NCBI GenBank assembly: GCA_963715985.1
Contig: CAVQSP010000013.1
Location: 256,001 to 320,000, forward strand
Origin: an uncultured Thermoleophilia bacterium
Lineage (GTDB): Bacteria > Actinomycetota > Thermoleophilia > UBA2241
Reading direction: 5' to 3'
DNA: 64,000 nt
In this document: in pieces, positions 53,430 to 62,331 of the stretch
Numbering within the stretch: position 1 is the first letter of the stretch
How the letters are laid out: each line of letters opens with the position of its first letter
Position numbers and translations under genes: made by a program
Notes under the pieces: generated by a model
Databases searched by the model: none
What the model was told of the DNA's origin: nothing
What the model saw: only the letters and a program-made list of their open reading frames with translations

Positions 53430-54886
53430 CGTGAGGTGCTTCCGGCGACGCTGTCGCCCGAGTAGGTCCTGCAACGAGTCCGCGATCCGCGAGAAGCTCC
53501 TGCGCCGAGGCGCCGCCGGCGATCGTCAGCAGGACACCGTCCTTGACCGCCCAGAGGTGCGGCGTGGAGGACGTGGTGGCCACGACGATGCTCGCCGTGG
53601 CGCCGGCGAAGGCGCCCGATGTGATGGGGCGCTCGGTGCGCACCAAGGCGGTCCAGGCGGGATTGTAGGAGTCAACCGGGTCTTCGGTCGCCGCGTAGTA
53701 CGGGTCGGCGAGGGTGCGGGTGGAGACGGTGAGGGCGTCGAACCCGTGCGTGTACTGCAGCTCGAAGATATGGCGCGGCCCTGGACGAGGTGGTTGGTGG
53801 TCAGCGCCCGTGGGCGCGACGGCGAGCGTGCGGCCAGGCGAAAGCCGGCCGGGGCACGAAGCCGGGCACGAGCGGCGTCATCGCCGGTGAAGCCCGCCCG
53901 CCTCCTCGAGAGGAGATGCGCCGGAAGCCCGCGTCGCTTGCGCCGGAGCGTCTCGCCCCGCCGGCGCCCCACCGTGAAGGCGCCGGCTGGCAGCGGCTCG
54001 TTGTAACGGACGTCCAGGTAGTGCAGGTCGGCGATGAGCACCCCTGCAGTCGATCTCATGGAAGCGGACGGGGAGCCACGTCCGTTTGTCGATCGGTCAC
54101 CTCGTACACCGGCCAGTCCACGGAGGTGGCCGGAGCTGGCGAGCTCGGCGACCTGTCCCCTTTCGTGCAGGTCACGGTCCAGGCCGGCCGGCCGTCCATC
54201 ATCGGCGTCGTCGAGGGTGAAGGCGCCGGACGCCTGCATCGCGCGCCCGGAGGTCCCGAGGTCGACAGCCGGTCAGCGGGTCGGCGACCGCGTCCGGCGG
54301 TCCGAGCGGGACGTTCCGCGTCACGGTGAGCCCGCGTCCCGGACGATAGTGCCGGAGGACGCCGGCTCGAGGCGTCGTAGGCCACGGACGTCGGTCGCCG
54401 TAGCCGTCGCCGGGGCGATAGCCGTCGCGCGGCGGGTCCGCCCGAGCTGCGTCAGGCGGTAGCTGCCGTCGGCGCTCTGCAGCATGCGGTACCGGAAGTA
54501 GTCGTAGTGGAAGCCGACCAGAGATGCGGTTCCAGTCGAGGCGCCTTGAGCGTGACGTCCGCCTGCCAGGTGCGGCCGGACGAGGAGGCGGCGGGCGTCC
54601 GCCTGACGACGTCGGCGGCGTCGACCGTCTGGGGCCCGACGGGTCTGCGGCAGGCCGAAGAGGACGGCCGCCGCGGCGGCGGCGGCGAGCGCGGCCGCGA
54701 CAACCGCGATGCGCAGGGGCGGCGCGGTCAGGGCGGCGCGCAGGCGGCCGAGGAACGTCCGGCGCGCGATCACGTCGGCGCCGCCGCGGCGATCGCGGCG
54801 CGGATCGCTCCCAGTAGTCCGGCGCGTGCTCCGGTCCGCGAGGACTCGAGCTGCTGGCCGAGCTCCCTGTCGCGGATCTCCTCCAT
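53430..54886 (-). CDS. Putative anti-sigma factor (TM + LolA/RseB-like domain); many frameshifts; end approximate
   Basis: TGATG coupling to the ECF sigma; MEEIRDRELGQQL, TM VVAAALAAAAAAAVLFG, NEPLPAGAFT, LTIAGGASAQELL. Confidence 0.55.
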
Positions 54887-55581
54887 CACTCCCCCTCGAC
54901 GTAGAGAGATGGCCTCAGGTGGCGGCGCAGAGACGCGCGAGCCGCGGACAGGCGCGAGGCCAGGGTCCCCGTGGGCACGCCGAGGATGTCGGCGGTCGTC
55001 GCGTAGTCGAAGCCCTCGCGGTCGACGAGCAGGACGGCCAGGCGCTGCTCGGGCGGCAGGGCCGCGAGCGCCTCCGCGAGCGCCTCGTGGACGGCGACCG
55101 TCTCGGCCGGGTCCAGATCGCAGTCGGCGGGCTCGGGCATCTGCTCAGGCGACAGCGGGACAAGCCGGCCGGATCTCGCGACGGCATCGCAGCAGGCGCG
55201 ATAGGTGATGCGGCACAGCCAGGTGCCCAGCGACGCCTCACCGCGAAAGCCGGCGAGCGAGCGGTACACCTTGAGTGCGACGTCCTGCATGACGTCGTCC
55301 ATCAGCTGGCGGTCGCCGAGAACGTGATAGGCGACGATGCGGAGACGGCGGTCGTAGTGGCGCATGACGTCGATGAACGCCGCGTCGTCGCCGGCCGCGG
55401 CCGCGGCGAGGACGCCCTGATCGATCTCCTCAGTCCTCTGCGCCCAGGCAGACACGCCCGCCCCTCCCTCCGGACGCTCGACCCGCTCAGGCGTGAGCGT
55501 ACCCCTACCGGACAGGCGCCGGCCCGTTGCGGCCCACATGACACGGGGCTGCGCGTCGGCTACGGCTGTCACTGTGAGCAT
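54886..55581 (-). CDS. ECF RNA polymerase sigma factor (alternative GTG start at 55455)
   Basis: GDDAAF, DDVMQD, FRGEASLGTWLCRI, LPPEQR...EGFDY...LGVPTGTLASRL. Confidence 0.9.
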   Translation of the reverse strand: MLTVTAVADAQPRVMWAATGRRLSGRGTLTPERVERPEGGAGVSAWAQRTEEIDQGVLAAAAAGDDAAFIDVMRHYDRRLRIVAYHVLGDRQLMDDVMQDVALKVYRSLAGFRGEASLGTWLCRITYRACCDAVARSGRLVPLSPEQMPEPADCDLDPAETVAVHEALAEALAALPPEQRLAVLLVDREGFDYATTADILGVPTGTLASRLSAARASLRRHLRPSLYVEGE

Positions 55582-55603
55582 GAAGCCGCTCCCTCCTCTC
55601 GGT

Positions 55604-55635
55604 CAGATAGACCGCAGAAGGGCCCGGTTTCTTCG
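55604..55635 (-). promoter_or_regulatory. Putative ECF sigma promoter, copy 2 (autoregulatory)
   Basis: CGAAGAAAC-cgGGCCCTTctgc-GGTCTaTCTG just upstream of the sigma gene RBS. Confidence 0.6.
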
Positions 55636-55708
55636 GTGGGAGGGAGGGATCCCCGGTGGGTGCCGGTGGACGGCGTCTCGCGGGACCGTGCTCAGGCGCG
55701 ATTCGGTT

Positions 55709-56392
55709 TCAGCGCGCTGGGGAGGGCAGCACCCAGTCCTTGGCGGCGGCCAGATGCACGCGCAGCGTGTACTTCGCGCCGCCGTCGGTGACGCCGTAGG
55801 CGAAGTCGCCGTCGGCCGTGCCCTGAGCCATGGCGGCGTGCGTCCACGGGTTCTGCGGCCAGACGGGCACGCCGGGCTGCAGCCCCACGGCTCCACCCGC
55901 CGCCACGTCGGCCTCCGCGGGCGGCGTGCCGCCGTGCGCGGCCGCCCAAAGGTCCACGTACTGCCCGACGAGGGCGAGGCCGGCCTTGGCGGAAGCGTCG
56001 CGCTCATCCTTGAGCCACGCCGGAACGCCGCCGCTCACCTTGTACGAGCCTTTGGAGAGGTGGCCGACCAGGGTGTAGCCGCTCAGGTCGGCCTTCACGC
56101 GGTAGGTGTACGTGCCCTTGGACGTCCCCGGCGCCATCGTGCCGCCTGTCCACGGGTTGCCCGGCCACACCGGCGCCTCCAAGGCGCCGCCCTTCTTGAC
56201 GTCCGCCACAGCCGGGTACACGAACCCGTCCTTCTCGGCCTGTGTGTTGATGTAGCCCTGCAGCAGCAGGATGTTCATCTGCACCTGCTTGTCCACGAAG
56301 TTCTCGGCGGCGCTCGCGGCGCCCGGCAGCGCGGCGAGGGCGAGCACGGCGAGGGCGACGAGCAGGATGGGGGTGAGGACGCGTCTGGACAT
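55709..56392 (-). CDS. Secreted protein with two tandem pilin/GspG-like WPxNPWT domains
   Basis: Sec signal ending ASA|A; WPGNPWTGGTM..G.YTY and WPQNPWTHAAM..GDFAY. Confidence 0.75.
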   Translation of the reverse strand: MSRRVLTPILLVALAVLALAALPGAASAAENFVDKQVQMNILLLQGYINTQAEKDGFVYPAVADVKKGGALEAPVWPGNPWTGGTMAPGTSKGTYTYRVKADLSGYTLVGHLSKGSYKVSGGVPAWLKDERDASAKAGLALVGQYVDLWAAAHGGTPPAEADVAAGGAVGLQPGVPVWPQNPWTHAAMAQGTADGDFAYGVTDGGAKYTLRVHLAAAKDWVLPSPAR

Positions 56393-56514
56393 GAGAGCTC
56401 CCAGGTCGGTTTGTGCTGTGTGGTGCAAGTGTGGGGGCGGCGAGCGCGGCCGGTCAACCGGGCGCCGCGCCTGCTAGGATGAGGCCGGAGCTGCCGCGAC
56501 GAGAGGGGACGACG

Positions 56515-57900
56515 ATGGAGACCAGGGTGCCCACCCGCATGGGCGACGGGTTCATGGTCGAGATGACGCGCAGCGAGCTGCGCGCCGACATCGAAGCGGC
56601 CACGCAGGAGGCGGCGCGCAAGGCAAAGACGCCGCCGCTCGCCGCCGCCGAGCAGGAGCACCTGCTGGACATCTACGCCTCGCGGGCCGCCTTCACCGCC
56701 GTGGACATCGGCGACCAGGTGGTGCTGAGCTGCGACGGCGGCGGCAGCAAGATGACCGGCACCGACATCCAGGACCTGCTGGAGAGCGAGCAGCGGCTGG
56801 GCCAGGACATCCTCGAGCTCTGGCACATCGAGTACAGCTACAAGGCCATCAAGACGATCCTGCCGTTCCAGCAGCAGGTGATGCAGAACGCCCAGCTGAT
56901 GCTGACGGCGCCCATCCAGTACGGGGCGCAGCCCAATCTCGCCTTCTACAGCCGGCCGGACGGCCCGTGCCCCAACTGGTTCGAACTGCTGCCGCGCGGC
57001 GACATCGCCGGGTCACGCGCGGCCGTGGAAGAAGCCATGGAATACGCGACGCAGGACTTCGTGTACGTCGCCGACGGCATGCTCGAGGCCGGCGCCGACG
57101 GCGTGGACTTCGACACCACCGGCGGCGCCGGCGACGCCGATCTCTTCAGCACGCTGCGTGCCGTGCGCCACGTGCGCGAGCGGTACCCGGAGGCCGGCAT
57201 CGAATTGGGCATGGCCGGCGAGTTCGTCATCGGCGTGCACGGCGAGCTCACCTGGGAGGGCACCCGGCTCGCCGGCATGTGGCCGCGGCAGCAGCTCGAG
57301 GTGGCGCAGGACGCCGGCGTCACCATCTTCGGGCCGGCGGTCAACATCCGCAGCGGGCGCTCGTGCTGCTGGAACACGGCCTACTCGCTCACGGTCATCA
57401 AGCCGTGCATGGAGGTGGCTCGCATCCCCGTCCACGTCAACGTGGGGGAGGGCGTGTGCGGCGTCCCCGTCAACGGGTATCCGGGGGAGGACGCCGTCTC
57501 GCGGGCGGCCAAGGCACACGTCGACATCCTGCGCTGCGACGGCTTGTAGGTGGGGTCGGGTGACTCCAGAGGCATGGACGTCACTCACGCGCTCGCCGCG
57601 GGCATGGGCGGCATGCGCACGGCCGGAGACCTGGTCGCGCGCCTGCAGATGTCACGCGGGATGCGGCTCGAGGAGGCGAAGCGGACCGTGGCCGGCAAGC
57701 TCGGCTGCACGGTCCGCGACCTCAGCGACAGCTACGCCATGGAGCAGCTGCGCGGCGAGCTGGGCCTGGGGCGGATCCTCGACCACTCCAATCTGCACCC
57801 CGGCAAGCCGAACGCGATGAGCGCCAAGTTCCGCATCGCCGAGCTGCTCGGCCTGCGGATCAACTCGGTGGAGCGCTTTCGGGAGCTGGCGGGGCTGTAG
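56515..57900 (+). CDS. mtbB: Dimethylamine--corrinoid methyltransferase with pyrrolysine (in-frame TAG at 57547-57549, codon 345; 461 aa)
   Basis: TRMGDG, YSYKAIK, YGAQPNL, DFDTTGGAGDAD, GMAGEFVIG, RIPVHVN; CDGL*VGSGD...GMGGMRTAGDLVAR matches the MtbB Pyl motif; ORF 57550-57900 is in frame. Confidence 0.93.
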
Positions 57901-58396
57901 CGCTCGCCGCCGCGGCGAGCGCCGAGCGCCGCATGATCGCGCCCACGGCCACGGCGGCGACGCCGATGGGCACGAGCAGGATGCCGGTGAGGAGCGTCAC
58001 GTAGAGGCCGATGCCGGGCCGGTACATCTTGACCATGGAGTCCGCGGCGGAGATCGCCTCCGCGGCGAAGACGACGCCGGCCACGACCACCCCGGCGGCG
58101 AGCGCCATGGTGACGCGCCGCGGTCCAAGGATCAGGAGCAGGGCGGCGATCGCCATCGCTCCCAGCGCCGCCCCGAGCACCGGCGGCCCCCACTGGGTCT
58201 GCAGCACGCCCACCACGCCGGCGGGCTTGGAGAGGCTGAAGTTGACGTACTGGGCCGTGTACTCGTTGGCCCAGGGCAGGAAGACGGCCACGAGGCCCGC
58301 CGCCCCGCCCGCCATGATGAGCACGGCGTAGCCGATCCAGTCGCCTCTCGCGAAGCGGTGTCTGCGGAAGCGGGGTGTGCGCATCGTCCTTGTCAT
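57860..58396 (-). CDS. Four-TM membrane protein overlapping the mtbB 3' end
   Basis: VFLPW, GIGLYVTLLTG; hydrophobic helices. Confidence 0.65.
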   Translation of the reverse strand: MTRTMRTPRFRRHRFARGDWIGYAVLIMAGGAAGLVAVFLPWANEYTAQYVNFSLSKPAGVVGVLQTQWGPPVLGAALGAMAIAALLLILGPRRVTMALAAGVVVAGVVFAAEAISAADSMVKMYRPGIGLYVTLLTGILLVPIGVAAVAVGAIMRRSALAAAASATAPPAPESAPPS

Positions 58397-58532
58397 CGGC
58401 AGGTTCCTGTTCCGGCTGATACCGCGGCCGGCGGCGAGCCGAAACGCGGGGAGGGCATGGGCCGGGCGACGGATCGCTGCAGGCCCGGCCCGGACCGGCC
58501 GATAGTGGGGGAGACTACCACGGAGGACGACG

Positions 58533-58910
58533 ATGAGACGTTTGACGACAGGCCTGCTCGCGGCGCTGGTTGTGCTGGCCGCGGCGGCGGCGCTGGGCGC
58601 CTGCGGCAGCAAGGACATCCAGACTCCCACGGGCACCATCGACATCGCCAAGGACCAGGCGGCCAAGAGTGAGATCATGCTGGTGAAGACGGGTATCGCC
58701 GCCCATGTGGCGATGAACGGGGCGGCGCCGCCCAACGCCTCGCAGGAGGTGCTCGGGTCCTTCGTCAACCCGTGGCCCAAGAACCCGTGGACGCAGGCCC
58801 CCATGAAGCAGGGCAAGACGGAGGGCGACATCGTCTACGCGCCGGGAGCAGGCACGGCATACACGCTCGGCGTCGTGCTCTCGGACGGCAGCGTGTACAA
58901 CGCGCCGTGA
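58533..58910 (+). CDS. Lipoprotein with one pilin/GspG-like WPxNPWT domain
   Basis: Lipobox LGAC; AKDQAAKSEI...WPKNPWTQAPM..GDIVY; GGAGG RBS. Confidence 0.75.
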   Translation: MRRLTTGLLAALVVLAAAAALGACGSKDIQTPTGTIDIAKDQAAKSEIMLVKTGIAAHVAMNGAAPPNASQEVLGSFVNPWPKNPWTQAPMKQGKTEGDIVYAPGAGTAYTLGVVLSDGSVYNAP

Positions 58911-58957
58911 CCGGCATCGGCCTTCAAGGCCGCCGCCGGTGGTGCCGATAGGGGCAC

Positions 58958-60184
58958 GTGATGCAGCACACCGCGAGACAGTCGCAGCGTGCGCGCGGTT
59001 CCGCGCGTGACATGAGAGGCACGGCTCTGGAGCGCCTGTGGCCGGCCCTTGCCCGTTCGCCGGCCACGGGGCCGGAGCAGCGGCGCGTGCGGCTCCTGAC
59101 GGCGATGCTCGCCGCGCTGCTCGCCCTCGCGTCCATCGCCCTCCTGGTGGTGGTCATCGTCGACCCGGCGGGCAGTGCCCGACGCGGCGAGTACGCCCTG
59201 CTCATCGCCGCGGTCCTGCTGCTCCTCGGCGTCGCCCTCGCCCTCAATCGCGCGGGCCGGTACCGCCTCGCAGCGTCCCTCACCGTCCTCTGCGCGGTGG
59301 TCGCGCCCTGGGTGTCGGCGTTGCTCGACGCGCGCGTCCTCGAGGGAGACTTCGTCCCACTCACCTATGTCGTCGTCCCGGTGCTGCTCAGCGGCATCCT
59401 GCTCTCGGCGCTGGTGACCGTCCTTGTGTCGGCGGCGCAGCTGACCGCCCTGGTCCTCTGCCCCTTGTGGGTCTCCACCACGGGCACGGTCAATTGGCCC
59501 AGCCTGTGCACGATGGTGCTCTTCGTGTGCGCGCTCAGCGTCATCGCCAACCTGATGAACAAGAGGGACCTGGACCAGATCATGCGCCAGAACCGCCGGC
59601 TCGCGGAGGACGAGGCGCTATTGCGCGAGCAGTCGGTGCGCGACCACGTCTCCGGGCTGTTCAACCGGCGGTACCTGGAGGAGACCCTGGAGCGTGAGCT
59701 TCGCCGGGCCGAGCGCGACGGGACCACGGTGGCGATGGTCATGCTCGACCTGGATCGCTTCAAGGAGCTCAACGACGCGTTCGGGCACGCCGCCGGCGAC
59801 GAGGTGCTGCGCAGGGTGGGCGAGGCGCTCAAGGCGAGCCTGCGCTACGCGGACATCGCCTGTCGCTACGGGGGGGATGAGTTCACGCTGATCCTGCCCA
59901 AGGCGCCGCGCGAGGCGGTGCTGCGGCGCGCCGAAGACCTCAGGCGGCAGATCGGGGCACTCTGCGTCACCTTCGTCGGCAGGCCATTGCCCTCGCTCAC
60001 AGTCTCCGTCGGCGTCGCGGTGTTTCCCGAGGACGGCGCGTCTGCCGCGGCGCTGCTCGCCGCCAGCGACGTCGCCCTCTACCAGGCCAAACACGCCGGC
60101 AAGGACCGTGTGGGGCTGGCCGGGGCGAGCGCAGCCCGGGTGACGCCGGCTCTTGAGCCGGATGTCGGAGTCCTGTCGCGGTGA
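58958..60184 (+). CDS. Membrane diguanylate cyclase
   Basis: About six TMs; FNRRYL, DLDRFKELNDAFGH, I-site RYAD, GGDEF. Confidence 0.92.
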   Translation: MMQHTARQSQRARGSARDMRGTALERLWPALARSPATGPEQRRVRLLTAMLAALLALASIALLVVVIVDPAGSARRGEYALLIAAVLLLLGVALALNRAGRYRLAASLTVLCAVVAPWVSALLDARVLEGDFVPLTYVVVPVLLSGILLSALVTVLVSAAQLTALVLCPLWVSTTGTVNWPSLCTMVLFVCALSVIANLMNKRDLDQIMRQNRRLAEDEALLREQSVRDHVSGLFNRRYLEETLERELRRAERDGTTVAMVMLDLDRFKELNDAFGHAAGDEVLRRVGEALKASLRYADIACRYGGDEFTLILPKAPREAVLRRAEDLRRQIGALCVTFVGRPLPSLTVSVGVAVFPEDGASAAALLAASDVALYQAKHAGKDRVGLAGASAARVTPALEPDVGVLSR

Positions 60185-60223
60185 CGGTCGGCGGCCCGGC
60201 CGAGCGCCACCCGCACCCCGTCC

Positions 60224-61600
60224 TCAGGCGCCGATCAGCTTCTTGACGAGGGTGGCTCGCTTGCTGGGTCGCCCCGTGCGCACCTCCGCGTCGTCGGCGC
60301 TGCCCATCGCCTTGAGAGCCGCGTTGACCGCGAGCCAGCGCAGCGGTTCGGGCTCCCAGGGCTTGGAGCGATGGTTCACCCACGGCAGCTCAGTGAGCTC
60401 GGTGGAGTGTGCGAGGATCAGGTCGCACAGGGTGCGGCCGGCGAGGTTGGTGGTGGCCACGCCGTCGCCGATGTAGGCCCCCGCCCATGCCATGCCGGTG
60501 GCGCGGTCGAGGCCCACCGAGGAGTACCAGTCGCGAGGCGCCGCGATGGCGCCGCCCCAGTGGTGCGTGACCTCGGCGTCGCCGATGGCCGGGAACAGCT
60601 CGCCGAGCAGGGCGCGGAGGTGGTCCCGCACCAAGGGGTCGCGTTCGTAGTCCTCGCTGAGCCTGGACCCGAAGTGGTACGGGGCGCCGCGGCCGCCGAT
60701 GGCGATGCGCCCGTCCGCGGTGTGCATGGCGTAGAAGATGAGGAAGCGGAAGTCGCCGAACACCTCGCGGCCGCTCCAGCCGACCTCCCCCCAGAAGGTG
60801 TCCGGCAGGGGCTCCGTGCCGATCATCAGCGAGTAGATCGGTATCACTGTGCGCTCGAAGCCCGGGAGCTCGGGCGTGAACGCCTCGGTGGCGCGCACCA
60901 CGACCTCGGCGTGCACCTCCCCGAAGGGCGTGACCGCGCGGTGCGGCTCGAGAAGGGTGACCGGGGTGCGCTCGTAGATGGGCACCCCAAGGCGCTCAAC
61001 GGCGCCGGCGAGCCCGCGCGCCAGGCGCGCCGGGTCGACGGCGGCGCCGTGCGGCGTGTACCCCGCGCCCAGACACCCGGCGACCCTGATGCGCTCGCGC
61101 ATCTCCGCCGCGCCGAGCTGGCGGTAGTCCGCCTCGCCGAAGCCCCAGGAGCGCTCCCACTCGACGGCCTCGCGGAGGCGGAGGAGCTGCACCGGCGTCA
61201 GGGCGAGGTCGAGCTGACCGCCCATGCAGAAGCGCGCGTCGATGCTCTCTTCGTCCACGACGCGCGCGATCTCCCTCACGGTGGCGTGGAGCGCGCGCTG
61301 CTGGTCGATCACCTTCTGGCGCCCGTGACGTGCCGCCGCCTCCTCACGCGACCCCGGGAACGTGGTGTGGCACCAGCCCCCATTGCGGCCTGAAGCTCCG
61401 AACCCGGCGATCTCGCGCTCGAGCACGGCGATGCGCAGGTGCGGGTCGGCCTTGCGGAGGTAGTAGGCGGTCCAGAGTCCGGTGAACCCGGCGCCGACGA
61501 CGGCGACGTCCACGTCCAGAGGGCCGGGCAGGGAAGGGCGGGGCGTGAGCTCGCCGGGGACGCCGTCGAGCCACAGGCTGCGTGCGCGGTAGTCGGTCAT
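60224..61600 (-). CDS. FAD-dependent amine oxidoreductase (PuuB/DadA family)
   Basis: SLWL, VGAGFTGLWTAYYL, GASGRNGG, WGG, YIGDGV. Confidence 0.88.
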   Translation of the reverse strand: MTDYRARSLWLDGVPGELTPRPSLPGPLDVDVAVVGAGFTGLWTAYYLRKADPHLRIAVLEREIAGFGASGRNGGWCHTTFPGSREEAAARHGRQKVIDQQRALHATVREIARVVDEESIDARFCMGGQLDLALTPVQLLRLREAVEWERSWGFGEADYRQLGAAEMRERIRVAGCLGAGYTPHGAAVDPARLARGLAGAVERLGVPIYERTPVTLLEPHRAVTPFGEVHAEVVVRATEAFTPELPGFERTVIPIYSLMIGTEPLPDTFWGEVGWSGREVFGDFRFLIFYAMHTADGRIAIGGRGAPYHFGSRLSEDYERDPLVRDHLRALLGELFPAIGDAEVTHHWGGAIAAPRDWYSSVGLDRATGMAWAGAYIGDGVATTNLAGRTLCDLILAHSTELTELPWVNHRSKPWEPEPLRWLAVNAALKAMGSADDAEVRTGRPSKRATLVKKLIGA

Positions 61601-61694
61601 CGTGGGCTCCTTGGGGGGTCGGCGGCATCCTACCAGAGCCTGCCGGTGGCACGTTTGAGCGCTGGAACAACTCCCCCGAAAGCAGGTGATCGCC

Positions 61695-62292
61695 ATGAAC
61701 ACGACACGGTTCGAAGAGGCCTACCGCGGCACGCCCCCGTGGGACATCGGACGGCACCAGCCGGTGTTCGAGGCGCTCGCCGAGGCCGGCGACATCGTCG
61801 CGCCGGTGCTGGACGCAGGGTGCGGCACCGGCGAGAACGCGCTCTATCTGGCCGCTCGCGGCCTGGAAGTGGTGGGCGTCGACGCCGTCGAGACGGCCGT
61901 GGCGGCCGCGCGGGCCAAAGCGGCCGCGCGCGGCCTGACGGCCGGAGTTCCTCGTCCACGACGCTCTCAGCTTGGGCGATCTTGGCCAACGTTACGCCAC
62001 GGTCATCGACTCGGGCCTGTTCCACACCCTCGAGGACGACGAGCGCGAGCGCTACGTGGACGCGCTGGCCGCCGTCATCAAGCCGGGCGGCCGCTACTTC
62101 GTGCTGTGCTTCAGCGAGCTCGAGACCGGCAGCGGCGGTCCGCGGCGCGTCACGCAGGCGGAGCTGCGCGAGTGCTTCGACAGGCCGCCCTTCCGCGTGC
62201 TCTCCATCGAGGCCGCCGCGTTCGCCTCCAACGCTGGGGGCGGCGGCCGCAAGGCGTGGCTGGCGCGGGTGGAGCGTCTGCCGGGCGTCTGA
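61695..62292 (+). CDS. Class I SAM-dependent methyltransferase; frameshift near 61950
   Basis: PPWDIG, LDAGCGTG in frame 1; DSGLFH, KPGG...LCFS in frame 2. Confidence 0.8.
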
Positions 62293-62331
62293 GGGCCGGC
62301 CGGCTGCGTCCGCGACCGCCGCTGGAGCCGC

